Shown: in pieces, positions 49,195 through 58,288 of the stretch
Layout of the letters: each line of letters opens with the position of its first letter
Numbering within the stretch: the first letter of the stretch is position 1
Assembly: GCA_030834695.1 (NCBI GenBank)
Contig: JAUQXK010000127.1
Coordinates: forward strand, 70,827 to 134,826
Direction of reading: 5' to 3'
Length of the DNA: 64,000 nucleotides
From: Desulfobacterales bacterium
Lineage (GTDB): Bacteria > Desulfobacterota > Desulfobacteria > Desulfobacterales > SpSt-501
The notes under the pieces: generated by a model
Databases searched by the model: none
What the model was told of the DNA's origin: nothing
What the model saw: only the letters and a program-made list of their open reading frames with translations
Made by a program: the position numbers and the translations under genes

Positions 49195-50049
49195 TCAGCC
49201 GAATCGCCCGGTGATGTAATCCTGCGTCAGCTCATGGCGGGGGTTGGTGAAAATGCGCTCGGTGGGGCCGACCTCGATCAGGTCGCCCAGGTGGAAATAG
49301 GCCGTCCGCTGGGAAACCCGCGCGGCCTGCTGCATGGAGTGGGTCACGATGCAGATGGAGTACTGGCTGCGCAGCTCGAAAATGAGATCCTCGATGACCG
49401 ACGTGGCGATCGGGTCCAGGGCCGAGCAGGGTTCGTCCATCAGAATGATCTCCGGGTTCACCGCGATGGTTCGGGCAATGCAAAGCCGCTGCTGCTGGCC
49501 GCCGGACAACCCGGTCCCGGGCTGATCCATGCGATCCTTGACCTCCTCCCACAGACCGGCCTTCTTGAGGGAGGTTTCGACCATCGCATCCAGCTCCGAT
49601 TTGTCCCGAGCCATCCCGTGAATCCGCGGCCCGTAGGCCACATTTTCGTAGATGGACTTCGGAAACGGGTTGGGCTTCTGAAACACCATGCCCACTTGGG
49701 CGCGCAACGGCACCACATCGACGTCCTTGTCGTGGATGTTGACACCGTCCAGAAGAATATCGCCGGTCACCCGGCAGCCTTCAATGGTATCGTTCATGCG
49801 GTTCAGGCAGCGGATGAAGGTGGACTTGCCGCAGCCCGAAGGCCCGATCATGGCCAGCACCTCGTTGCAGCCGATGTCGATCGAGACGTTCTTGATCGCT
49901 TGCTTGTCCCCGTAGTAGACGTTGACGTTGCGGCAGACCATGCGAGGGTTCTCGACCGTGACGGTCCCGACCGTCTCGCGCTTTTCGCGGCTGACCCGCG
50001 GTCTGCCCGCGTCCGTACCGCCTTTCGCTTTTAAATGGATCTCAGTCAT
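49195..50049 (-). CDS. pstB: phosphate ABC transporter ATP-binding protein
   Basis: Walker [10 protein letters not shown]; signature LSGGQQQRL; Walker B ILMDEP. Start at an internal ATG. Confidence 0.9.
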   Translation of the reverse strand: MTEIHLKAKGGTDAGRPRVSREKRETVGTVTVENPRMVCRNVNVYYGDKQAIKNVSIDIGCNEVLAMIGPSGCGKSTFIRCLNRMNDTIEGCRVTGDILLDGVNIHDKDVDVVPLRAQVGMVFQKPNPFPKSIYENVAYGPRIHGMARDKSELDAMVETSLKKAGLWEEVKDRMDQPGTGLSGGQQQRLCIARTIAVNPEIILMDEPCSALDPIATSVIEDLIFELRSQYSICIVTHSMQQAARVSQRTAYFHLGDLIEVGPTERIFTNPRHELTQDYITGRFG

Positions 50050-50138
50050 CGTGCCTGCCAAGGCCGTTTCGTCCACTCGCGTCAGTGTGAGCATATCTTG
50101 TTTTCCCGGAAGTTACTAATCGGTGCAGGATAAGTAAA

Positions 50139-50210
50139 GCCCGCCTTAAAGTCGGGCAGGCCAATGATGGTTTTGGCCCGCCCGTATTGAAATAGGCGGC
50201 GACGCCTATT
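50139..50210 (-). terminator. cluster of three hairpins immediately downstream of pstS (attenuator/terminator-like)
   Basis: On the minus-strand RNA: AAUAGGCG-UCGC-CGCCUAUU (spans the stop codon), GGGCGGGCC-N12-GGCCUGCCC, and GCCCG-N9-CGGGC followed by UUUACUUAU. Confidence 0.4.
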
Positions 50211-51258
50211 TCACCTCGGTTACCGTTTTCAATGCCTTGACGTTTTCACCCACCTGTTTACGCTCGGCCTCCGGCAGCGGAATCAAGCCTTTTTCGCTGA
50301 GGTAGCCGTCCTTGCCCCAGGCCTTCTCGCTCGTGAACTCGGCCAGATACTCTTTGATGCCGGGGATCACCCCCACGTGCGCCTTCTTGACATAGAAGAA
50401 CAGCGGGCGTGACAGCGGGTATTTGCCGCTGGCGATGTTCTCGAAGCTCGGCGGGTTGCCGTCCACAAAGGAGCCCTGGATCTTGTCGGTGTTCTGATCC
50501 AGGAAACTGAATCCGAAGACACCCAGCGCGTTCGGGTTCGCCCCCAGCTTCTGAACGATGAGGTTGTCGTTCTCGCCGGCTTCGACGTAGGCCCCGTCCT
50601 CGCGGATCGATGAAAACACCTTCTGGAATTTTTTCCCGTCCTCTTTGGAGAGCTTTTTCAATCCTTCGAACTTGAGGGCGCCCGATTCCATGGCCAGCTC
50701 CACAAAGGCGTCACGGGTGCCGGAAGTCGGTGGCGGACCCAAAACCTCGATCTTGACGTCCGGAAGCGATGGGTTGACGTCTTTCCAGGTCTTATAGGGG
50801 TTGGCCACCAGGCCCTCCCCTCCCTTGGGGTCCGGCACGTCCTTGGCCAGAGCCAGGAAGATGTCCTTGGTGGTCAGCTTCAGCCCCGCCGCTTTTTGGG
50901 AGTTGGCCACCACGATGCCGTCGTAGCCGATTTTCACTTCGACGATGTCCGTCACCCCGTTCTTCTGGCAGGTTTCGAACTCGGACGCCTTGATGGCGCG
51001 CGAGGCATTCGACATGTCGGGGTGCTGAACGCCGACCCCGCCGCAGAACAGCTTGAACCCGCCGCCGGTGCCGGTGGACTCGATTTTGGGAGACTTGAAC
51101 GACCCGGCCTTGCCGAACTTCTCGGCGACCACCGTGGCAAACGGGTAAACCGTCGAGGAGCCGACGATGCTGATGCTGTCCCGCTGTTGCGCCTGAACCA
51201 TTCCCGCCGTGGCCGCAATAAGCGCAACTACTATAGATAATACAACTGCTTTCTTCAT
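50206..51258 (-). CDS. pstS: phosphate ABC transporter substrate-binding protein
   Basis: Signal peptide. IVGSSTVYPF; TGTGGG. AAGGAGG RBS. Confidence 0.85.
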   Translation of the reverse strand: MKKAVVLSIVVALIAATAGMVQAQQRDSISIVGSSTVYPFATVVAEKFGKAGSFKSPKIESTGTGGGFKLFCGGVGVQHPDMSNASRAIKASEFETCQKNGVTDIVEVKIGYDGIVVANSQKAAGLKLTTKDIFLALAKDVPDPKGGEGLVANPYKTWKDVNPSLPDVKIEVLGPPPTSGTRDAFVELAMESGALKFEGLKKLSKEDGKKFQKVFSSIREDGAYVEAGENDNLIVQKLGANPNALGVFGFSFLDQNTDKIQGSFVDGNPPSFENIASGKYPLSRPLFFYVKKAHVGVIPGIKEYLAEFTSEKAWGKDGYLSEKGLIPLPEAERKQVGENVKALKTVTEVK

Positions 51259-51333
51259 TTCATTCCTCCTTGAGTTGGATGTCCAACACCATTTTTTTAT
51301 TGTTTGCTAAAATTTAAGTCCCGATTGAGAAAT

Positions 51334-51354
51334 GGTTGTTAACTTCATATTAGG
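51334..51354 (-). promoter_or_regulatory. Pho-box-like direct repeat CCTAATATGAAGTTAACAACC
   Basis: Half-sites CTAATA and TTAACA 11 bp apart on the minus strand, about 80 nt upstream of the pstS ATG. Confidence 0.45.
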
Positions 51355-51363
51355 ATTTCATTT

Positions 51364-51389
51364 GGTAAGCCGACGCACGTCGGCTTACC
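51364..51389 (-). terminator. perfect hairpin overlapping the pstA stop codon
   Basis: GGUAAGCCGAC-GUGC-GUCGGCUUACC (11-bp stem). Weak U tract (AAAUGAAAU). Confidence 0.45.
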
Positions 51390-52680
51390 ACCGGCGTTCG
51401 AATTTTTTCCGCAGGATGATGGCCCCGGCGTTCATTACCACCAGAAACGCCAGCAGCACCATGATGGCGGCCGAGGTCCGCTCCACGAAAGCCCGCTCCG
51501 GGCTGTCCGACCACAGGTAAATCTGCACCGGCAATACCGTTGCGGAGTCCGTGAAGCCTTTGGGGATATCCACGATAAACGCCACCATGCCGATCATTAG
51601 CAGCGGCGCGCTCTCGCCCAGCGCACGCGCCATGCCGATGATGGTGCCCGTCAGCATGCCCGGCAGGGCCAGCGGCAGCACGTGGTGTACCACCATCTGC
51701 ATCTTGGAGGCGCCCACGCCCAGGGCGGCCTCGCGGATGGACGGCGGAACGGCTTTCAGCGCCGAGCGGCTGGCGATGATGATGGTGGGTAGCGTCATGA
51801 GCGTCAGCACCAGTCCTCCGACCAGCGGCGCGGAGCGCGGCAGCCCGAAAAAATTCAGGAAAACCGCGAGCCCCAGCAGCCCGAACACGATCGAGGGCAC
51901 TGCAGCCAGATTGTTGATGTTGACTTCGATCAGGTCGGTCCAACGGTTCTTCCGGGCGAATTCCTCCAGGTAAACGGCGGCGGCCACCCCGATCGGAAAC
52001 GACAGACTCAAGGTGATCAGCAGGGTGAAAAACGAGCCGGAAACCGCACCCCAGACACCGGCCAGCTCCGGTTCGCGCGAGTCGCCGGCGCTGAGAAAGG
52101 TGGTGTTGAAGCGGCGCTCCAGGCGCCCCTCGGATTCGAGCTGTTCGATCCAGGCGATCTGCTTGTCCGACACGCGCCGCTCGGCTTCGGGCAGGTCGCG
52201 CCGGAAATGGCCCTTGATGAGCATATCGACATCGTCGTCGGCCAGCAGCCAGACCTCGGCCCCCCGGCCCACCAGATCGGGGTCCTTCAACACCATGTCC
52301 CGCAATCGGTAGACGCTGCCGCTGCTCATCAGCGCCGTCAGCTGACGCTTATCCTGTCGTCCGTCCACCTGCGGAAACTTTTTGAAGAGCGCTTCGCGCA
52401 CGAGGGCGGCGTAGTCCGCGTTCACCAGAGTGTCCTGCTGGATCACCGCCGGGTCGAAAACGATCGGCAGCCGGATGGACGTTTGCCAGAATGCCGAATA
52501 GCCCTTGGCGACGATGCTGACGAAGAGCAGCGCCAGGAACATCAGGCTCAGCACGATCGCGGCCAGTCCGTAGAAGCGAAACCGCCGTTCGGCGCGGTAG
52601 CGGCGCTTGAGGCTGCGATTGACGATATCGATGGTCCGCTGGGGTTCCGGAGCGGCTGCGGTGTCGATCGGGCTATTCAT
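51385..52680 (-). CDS. pstA: phosphate ABC transporter permease PstA (long form)
   Basis: Six or more TM helices. Permease core ...REAALGVGASKMQMV... . Overlaps pstC by 8 nt. Confidence 0.85.
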   Translation of the reverse strand: MNSPIDTAAAPEPQRTIDIVNRSLKRRYRAERRFRFYGLAAIVLSLMFLALLFVSIVAKGYSAFWQTSIRLPIVFDPAVIQQDTLVNADYAALVREALFKKFPQVDGRQDKRQLTALMSSGSVYRLRDMVLKDPDLVGRGAEVWLLADDDVDMLIKGHFRRDLPEAERRVSDKQIAWIEQLESEGRLERRFNTTFLSAGDSREPELAGVWGAVSGSFFTLLITLSLSFPIGVAAAVYLEEFARKNRWTDLIEVNINNLAAVPSIVFGLLGLAVFLNFFGLPRSAPLVGGLVLTLMTLPTIIIASRSALKAVPPSIREAALGVGASKMQMVVHHVLPLALPGMLTGTIIGMARALGESAPLLMIGMVAFIVDIPKGFTDSATVLPVQIYLWSDSPERAFVERTSAAIMVLLAFLVVMNAGAIILRKKFERRW

Positions 52681-54073
52681 ACTGTTCTCGGTATTTTCGG
52701 ACGACGTACAGGGCGATCACGTTGAGGCAAAGGGTGACGATGAACAGGATCAGCCCCAGCGCGAAGGCGGCCAATGTCTTGGGGCTGTCGAATTCCTGGT
52801 CGCCGACCAGCAGGGTTACGATTTGGACGGTCACCGTGGTCACCGCTTTGAGCGGGTTGACGGTCAGGTTGGCCGAAAGCCCGGCGGCCATGACCACGAT
52901 CATGGTCTCGCCGATGGCCCGCGACACCGCCAGCAGCACCCCGCCGATGATCCCCGGGATGGCGGCCGGCACGATCACCTGGCGGATGGTCTCCGACCGG
53001 GTGGCTCCCAGGCTGTAGGCTCCGTCGCGCAGCGACTGCGGCACGGCGTTGATGAAATCGTCGGACAGCGAGGATACGAAGGGAATGATCATGATGCCCA
53101 TGACCAGTCCGGCGGCCAGCGCGCTCTCCGAGGCGACGTCCAGGCCGAGCCGGCTGCCCCAGTCGCGGATGACGGGCGCCACCGTCAGGGCCGCGAAAAA
53201 CCCGTAGACCACCGTGGGGATTCCCGCGAGCACCTCGATCAGCGGTTTGGCGACGGCCCGCAGGCGCTTGCCGGCATATTCGGACAGATAAATGGCGGAC
53301 ATCAAGCCGATCGGAACCGCCACCACCATGGCGATGGCCGAAATCAGGATCGTGCCCAGGAAGACCGGAACGGCCCCGAAGGCGCCCGAGGATCCCACCT
53401 GGTCCGCGCGGATGGCCATCTGAGGGCTCCAGTCCAGACCGAACAGGAATTGGGTGATCGGGATCACCTTGAAAAACCGGATGGCTTCGTAGAGCACGGA
53501 CAGAATGATGCCGATCGTCGTAAAGATGGCGATGGTGGAGCAGGCCACGAGAAGGACGGTTAGAATAGCCTCCACCTGGTTACGCGCCCGCAGACCGGCT
53601 GTGATCCGGCCGCGAACCAGCACGGCGATAGCGGTCAGCAAAGCGATCGAGACCGCGGCCAGCGCATGGTTGCTGATGGACCGCAGCCGGTGGTAATGGT
53701 CGGCGGCGGCCTGGATGGCGGGCTCGGCGGCCTGCGAGGCAAAGCTGCCGCTCTCGATGTTGCGGATGTCGTTGATGACGAGGTTCATCCGATCCGGGGC
53801 CAGGCTGCGGATCGCTTCGGGCAGCTCCTTCACCACCAGGTGAGTGATGACCTGGTTCTCGAAGACCAGCCAGAATCCGAAGATGAGCAGGGCCGGGATG
53901 CCGCACCAGAGAGCGGTCAGCGCGCCGTGGTAGGTCGGTCGAGAGTGCAGCTTGGCCGCCCCTTCGGCGCGGCCGGATAGAGCGAAGGCCTTGCGGCGGC
54001 CGAAATAATAGGCTGCCGTAGAAAGCCCTAAGAGTGCAATCAGCAAATAGGCCGGAGGCATTGAAAACCCCAT
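52673..54073 (-). CDS. pstC: phosphate ABC transporter permease PstC (long form)
   Basis: Permease core ...RDGAYSLGATRSETI... . Start ambiguous (54073 or 54061). The longest ORF starts at 54124. Confidence 0.85.
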   Translation of the reverse strand: MGFSMPPAYLLIALLGLSTAAYYFGRRKAFALSGRAEGAAKLHSRPTYHGALTALWCGIPALLIFGFWLVFENQVITHLVVKELPEAIRSLAPDRMNLVINDIRNIESGSFASQAAEPAIQAAADHYHRLRSISNHALAAVSIALLTAIAVLVRGRITAGLRARNQVEAILTVLLVACSTIAIFTTIGIILSVLYEAIRFFKVIPITQFLFGLDWSPQMAIRADQVGSSGAFGAVPVFLGTILISAIAMVVAVPIGLMSAIYLSEYAGKRLRAVAKPLIEVLAGIPTVVYGFFAALTVAPVIRDWGSRLGLDVASESALAAGLVMGIMIIPFVSSLSDDFINAVPQSLRDGAYSLGATRSETIRQVIVPAAIPGIIGGVLLAVSRAIGETMIVVMAAGLSANLTVNPLKAVTTVTVQIVTLLVGDQEFDSPKTLAAFALGLILFIVTLCLNVIALYVVRKYREQYE

Positions 54074-54127
54074 CCTCGATGATGGCAAGATTGATGAGAC
54101 CGTAAAACGTCGTACCGGGTGCAATCG

Positions 54128-54203
54128 GTCATTTCGACCACAGGGAGAAATCCATTTTTTAGCGCGTCGCAGCCGAAAGACTCCTCGCTTCGCTCAAAAT
54201 GAC
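54128..54203 (+). repeat. family 2 palindromic MITE-like element in the pstC leader
   Basis: GTCATTTCGACCACAGGGAGAAATC ... CTCCTCGCTTCGCTCAAAATGAC. Confidence 0.85.
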
Positions 54204-54257
54204 ATGTGAGCGTGATCTGCTACGGAGCCATCGCGATTTCGGGTAAACGTATGCGCA

Positions 54258-54278
54258 GATTGTTAGAGCCATGTTAGG
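54258..54278 (-). promoter_or_regulatory. Pho-box-like direct repeat CCTAACATGGCTCTAACAATC
   Basis: CTAACA half-sites 11 bp apart on the minus strand upstream of pstC. A third inverted copy (CTAACA at 54285-54290) forms TGTTAG-N7-CTAACA. Confidence 0.5.
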
Positions 54279-54351
54279 ATTGGGCTAACATTTTATTAAT
54301 CAGCGGCAGGGCCATGACTCCGGCCGGCCGCCTTCTGCCGCATCACTGCCT

Positions 54352-54570
54352 TCACTCATAGAAAATCTCAGGACTTGCCGACAGGAAATGCGCCTGTCGT
54401 GACATCAAGGAAAATCTCGGCGCGGCTGACTCCAGGTCCGACCGGGAGGAGGCAAAGCACAAATCACGGCCCAACGCGGAAACGTAAACGACCCGTTTGC
54501 TGCATTTCAAGCATGTGGGATTGTTCTTGTCGGATTCACCCAAGAAACACGTGCGGCAAGGACTGGTCAT
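54352..54570 (-). CDS. small CxxC...CxxC zinc-ribbon protein (72 aa), function unknown
   Basis: MTSPCRTCFLGESDKNNPTCLKCSKR... . AGGAAGGA RBS before the internal ATG. Confidence 0.45.
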   Translation of the reverse strand: MTSPCRTCFLGESDKNNPTCLKCSKRVVYVSALGRDLCFASSRSDLESAAPRFSLMSRQAHFLSASPEIFYE

Positions 54571-54718
54571 GGATTCCTTCCTTTCGTTAGGAGACACCGG
54601 TTGACAAGAAACCGGCGTGGAGCTGCCGGTTTATGGAAACGAAGGTATCCGTTGGAGGTTATGCATTGATGAGCCCGGTGTGAGAAAACCATGCCCCTTC
54701 CGCTCAGGAAACCAAGAA

Positions 54719-54757
54719 TTAACCGCTGCCTAACCCGCGCAGAACAGTCTCCTGTCA
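54719..54757 (+). promoter_or_regulatory. four phased half-sites TTAACC / CTAACC / AGAACA / CTGTCA (11-bp period), Pho-box-like
   Basis: Hexamers start at 54719, 54730, 54741 and 54752, 40-75 nt upstream of ATG 54796. Confidence 0.5.
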
Positions 54758-54795
54758 AATGGATTCGATGCTCCAATCCCAGAACCGGAGGATGG

Positions 54796-57189
54796 ATGGG
54801 TTTTATCGTTGGATTCGAAAATTCGCAGGCGCTGGATCCGCGCATCGTTGGGCGCAAATTCGCAGCCTTGGCCAGGGCAGCGCGCGAAAACTTCGATGTG
54901 CCGGAGGCTGTAGCGATCGGAACCAAGGCGCATGCGCATTTCCTCGCTACCGGGAGCTGGCCCGACGGTTTGCGAGAGGAGGTGATCAATGCCGCCCTTC
55001 GGCTGGATATCTCACAAGGGCTCTCCATCCGTTCGTCGGCGACACTCGAGGACCTCGCCGGGCAGAGCTTCGCCGGTCAATACCGAACATTTCTGGAGGT
55101 GAACAGCGAGCGCGAACTCCTGCAGCGGATCGAGGAGTGCTGGGGCAGCGCCCGGTCCGAAACCGTGCGCAGCTACCTCCAGGCGCTGAACGTGCAGGGA
55201 ACCAATACCGAAACCCCTTTGTTGGCCGTCATCGTCCAACGCATGGTGAACGCATCGGTCGCCGGCGTGGCCTTCAGCCGCGACCCGCTGCGCCCTGACC
55301 GCGACGAAAGAGTCATCGAAGCCGTCAAGGGCCACGCCGAAGGACTGGTCAGCGGCCAGCGCTCCCCTTGCCGGGTGCGGGTTGGCCGCGATGGCCGAGT
55401 CTCCGTCGAAAGCCGTTCGACTTCTTATTTGCGGCTGTCCCGAAAAACCCCGTGGCGCGACATCGCCGGACTCATCGGGCGGCTGGAAAATTCCTATGGC
55501 GGGCAAGCGCTCGACGTGGAGTGGGCCGTCGATCACCGCAAGGCCCTCTGGTTGCTTCAGGTCCGGCCGATCACCACCTTGGCACAGGAGGGAATGCTGC
55601 CGCCGGCAGGCGCATGGACCCGCAAAATAGCTGATGATCTTTGGGCGGACCGGCTCGAACCCTTCATGGCCGAGGTGATGCTCAGCCATGCTCCGAGGTT
55701 CGATCTGTCGCGCATCAGCCGGCTGGCCGGCATAGAGCCGGTGCAGCCGGCCTTGTCAGTGATCAACGGCTATCTGTATGTCAATTGCGACAGCGTCCGA
55801 CGCCTCATCGCACATATTCCGGGGCCCCTGCGGTTCAAGGATCTGGGGACGTTGCTGCCCGCCGGCACGCGGATAGTCGACATTCCCCCGCCCCGTGCGT
55901 TGACCCTGGTGCGCCTTTTTCTCAGAGCGGTCCTCTTGCCTCTGAATGAACCCGGGGTGATCCCCTTCTTATGCCTGCGAAGCACCCCGCGCACCATCCG
56001 CCGGCTGCGAGCGCGCATGCACCCGGTGGAATCCAGCGCAAATGCCACCGCCGGCGCCCTGCTTCAGCGGCTGCGTCATGATGTCGAAACGTTGGCTCTG
56101 GTCCAGGAAAACAATCAATGGCCCTATTTTCATGCCACGCTCTTTGCCTGGATTCTGCGCTGGGTGTCCGTTGAGCGGTTGCAGATGACCGGATCCGGAT
56201 TCTTGGGGCTGATCAGTCGAGGTTCCGCCAACGTAACGATCGTCATCGAGAACTGGTTCCGCCGGACGGCGCAGCATATCGCCTCAAACCCTGCTCTGGC
56301 CGAACGATTTGTTGCCGATCCGCCCGAGGAATTAGTCCCCTCTTTGCCGGCCGAGCTTCGCGCAGAGATTCATTCATTCCTGCAGCGCTACGGTTTCCGG
56401 TCTCGGCATCGCACGCTGCTGATCAAGCGCTGGGCCGAAGCGCCGGAGGAAGTAATCGGCATCCTTCAGTCTCTGGTCCGTCATCCCCAGGGCGCGGAAG
56501 CAGCCCTGAAAAGCACCAAACACGGCCATCACGGACCATCGCCCAGCTGCGTCTTCGGGCCCGCCCTATGGCTGCTCGCGGTCTTGACCCGTCGCTTCTT
56601 GGACCTGCGGGAGGAGCTGCGCTTTTTGCTGGACGAAGTGCTTTACCGTATTCGCTGCGATCTGCTCGCCCTGGGAATGCATTCGGGGCTGGGCGATGCG
56701 ACATTCTTCATGAAGCCGCAGGAGATCGAGAAGATGGCCTTGGGTCAAATGGAGTTGCAGGAAGCGGCTCAACTGGCATCCCAGCGCCGGCGGCGCTTTT
56801 TGAATCCGGTCGAACCGAGCACCTTCTGGGTGGATGGCCGTCCCGAGTTTGATTTCTGCGCCGGCGGCACGGTCCTGCGGGGCATCGGAACCAGCCCCGG
56901 GCATGCCACCGGCCGGGCGGTCATCGTTGAAGACCCCGGCGCCAACAAAATCCGTCGAGGCGACGTCGTCGTGGCACGCCATACCGACCCGGGATGGACG
57001 CCTATCTTCAGCGTCATCGGCGGCATCGTCATGGAAGAGGGCGGCCTGCTCAACCACTGCTCCATCGTCGCTCGGGAGCTCGGCATCCCCTCCATCGTCG
57101 GAGTGGGCCGCGCCACCCAGCTCATTCCGGAAGGAGCGCGGGTGACCATTGACGGCGGAGCGGGAGTGGTGCGGATTGAGGAAGGATAG
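54796..57189 (+). CDS. PEP-utilising enzyme of rifampin-phosphotransferase-like architecture (ATP-grasp PPDK_N domain + central domain + swivelling His domain, no TIM barrel)
   Basis: N-terminal VGRKFAALARA...SIRSSATLEDLAGQSFAGQY. C-terminal GIGTSPGHATGRAVIV...ARHTDPGWTPIF...GGLLNHCSIVARELGIPSIVGV. ATG 54796 follows a GGAGGA RBS. Confidence 0.8.
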   Translation: MGFIVGFENSQALDPRIVGRKFAALARAARENFDVPEAVAIGTKAHAHFLATGSWPDGLREEVINAALRLDISQGLSIRSSATLEDLAGQSFAGQYRTFLEVNSERELLQRIEECWGSARSETVRSYLQALNVQGTNTETPLLAVIVQRMVNASVAGVAFSRDPLRPDRDERVIEAVKGHAEGLVSGQRSPCRVRVGRDGRVSVESRSTSYLRLSRKTPWRDIAGLIGRLENSYGGQALDVEWAVDHRKALWLLQVRPITTLAQEGMLPPAGAWTRKIADDLWADRLEPFMAEVMLSHAPRFDLSRISRLAGIEPVQPALSVINGYLYVNCDSVRRLIAHIPGPLRFKDLGTLLPAGTRIVDIPPPRALTLVRLFLRAVLLPLNEPGVIPFLCLRSTPRTIRRLRARMHPVESSANATAGALLQRLRHDVETLALVQENNQWPYFHATLFAWILRWVSVERLQMTGSGFLGLISRGSANVTIVIENWFRRTAQHIASNPALAERFVADPPEELVPSLPAELRAEIHSFLQRYGFRSRHRTLLIKRWAEAPEEVIGILQSLVRHPQGAEAALKSTKHGHHGPSPSCVFGPALWLLAVLTRRFLDLREELRFLLDEVLYRIRCDLLALGMHSGLGDATFFMKPQEIEKMALGQMELQEAAQLASQRRRRFLNPVEPSTFWVDGRPEFDFCAGGTVLRGIGTSPGHATGRAVIVEDPGANKIRRGDVVVARHTDPGWTPIFSVIGGIVMEEGGLLNHCSIVARELGIPSIVGVGRATQLIPEGARVTIDGGAGVVRIEEG

Positions 57190-57193
57190 AAGA

Positions 57194-57218
57194 GGAAGGC
57201 GGAAGTTGGAAGGCGGAA
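57194..57218 (+). repeat. purine-rich tandem repeat GGAAGGCGGAA x2 in a convergent gap
   Basis: Copies at 57194-57204 and 57208-57218, plus GGAAGG at 57225. No hairpin. Confidence 0.8.
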
Positions 57219-57234
57219 ATCAAAGGAAGGAGAG

Positions 57235-58287
57235 CTAACGGCGTGAGGGAAAGTCGAAAATAGTCTGGGCCCAGGCGCGGCCAGAAAGCCTTTCAACATC
57301 CTGCCATCGGCCCGCCCCGACCCAGTCCGCGATCATGCGGGCCACGTTGGGGTATCGTACGGCCGGAACCGGCCGATCAGCCAGAAAACCACCTACCGTA
57401 TCCGCATCTAGGCGCTGCATCACGACCCCCAGTTTCAGCTCCGCGAGCGCCTTGGCGTTGGACATTTGCTCCATCTGGCGAGCCAGCGGTTTGACCAGGA
57501 TTTTCTTGCATAGATGAAGCGCTTCGCTGGCCAGCTCGAACCCCGCATTGGTGATGACTCCGCCGCTCTCGGCGAGATCCTTCAGAAAACCTTGCCGCGA
57601 GTAAGTCCGCAGATGCAGATGGCCTTCGTCACTGGCAGCGGGAAGCTGGTGATAGATATAAAACTGGTAGTTCTCGAAAGGCGCCAGCAACTGTCGAATA
57701 TCCTCAATTTCTTCGAAAGGGAGGTATACGAGGATCTTGTTCGCAAGGGCCGGGGATTCAACCGGCATGTGCATCGGTATGACCGGCGGAAGGATCGGCT
57801 GGTCGAAGTGGTGCCAATGCAGACCCAGGCAATGGTCGGCGGGAGCGAAGTGACGGATGACATATTGCGCGACCGGGTCGAACCCCGCGATGGGGATCCG
57901 GTGGCGAAACGCATATTGGTGGCCGATGCCGATGGAGGGCAGTTGGTGGCGCCGGGCGATGCGGGCGGTGACCGGCTCGAAATCGGTGATCACCACATCG
58001 ACGTCTCGGGCGTCAAAGTAGCGGATATCGGAGTAAAAACGGAGAAGATTCAGGCGGCGGGCGGTCTGGAAGTATTGCAGGCGTCCGCGCCGGGTTGAAA
58101 ACGTCAGGCCCTCCATGGCGACGAAGGGCTCGAACACCTCCATCTCCCAGAGCAACGCCGGATCCCTCCCGCTGAGCACCACCTTTACGTCATGTCCGTC
58201 GGCTTTCAGATAACGGATGATTTCCCGAGAACGGCTGATGTGGCCGTTGCCGGTGCCCTGGACCCCGTATAGAATTCGCAAGCCCAC
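57235..58287 (-). CDS. MJ1255/TIGR00661-type glycosyltransferase (GT-B)
   Basis: MGLRILYGVQGTGNGHISRSREI N-terminus characteristic of this family. Confidence 0.75.
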   Translation of the reverse strand: MGLRILYGVQGTGNGHISRSREIIRYLKADGHDVKVVLSGRDPALLWEMEVFEPFVAMEGLTFSTRRGRLQYFQTARRLNLLRFYSDIRYFDARDVDVVITDFEPVTARIARRHQLPSIGIGHQYAFRHRIPIAGFDPVAQYVIRHFAPADHCLGLHWHHFDQPILPPVIPMHMPVESPALANKILVYLPFEEIEDIRQLLAPFENYQFYIYHQLPAASDEGHLHLRTYSRQGFLKDLAESGGVITNAGFELASEALHLCKKILVKPLARQMEQMSNAKALAELKLGVVMQRLDADTVGGFLADRPVPAVRYPNVARMIADWVGAGRWQDVERLSGRAWAQTIFDFPSRR

Positions 58288-58288
58288 T

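Noticed and set aside
54301-54354. Possible Sec read-through of the TGA that ends the small zinc-ribbon ORF (the frame continues TGA-AGG-CAG-TGA-TGC...)
   Set aside because: A second TGA follows two codons later and then a short unconserved tail. There is no Cys-aligned context and no convincing hairpin, so it is most likely an ordinary stop.
54691-54795. Longest-ORF starts for several genes (54691, 6396, 21948, 17926, 10149, 1945, 16192, 28246, 60870, 62713, 45089)
   Set aside because: The N-terminal extensions overlap upstream genes, repeats or regulatory sites and lack an RBS. Internal starts with Shine-Dalgarno sequences give proteins that begin at the family-typical N-termini.
57190-57234. 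Purine-rich tandem repeats as a CRISPR-like or regulatory array
   Set aside because: There are only two and a half 11-nt units with no spacers of CRISPR size and no cas genes. It is probably a simple low-complexity sequence in a convergent gap.
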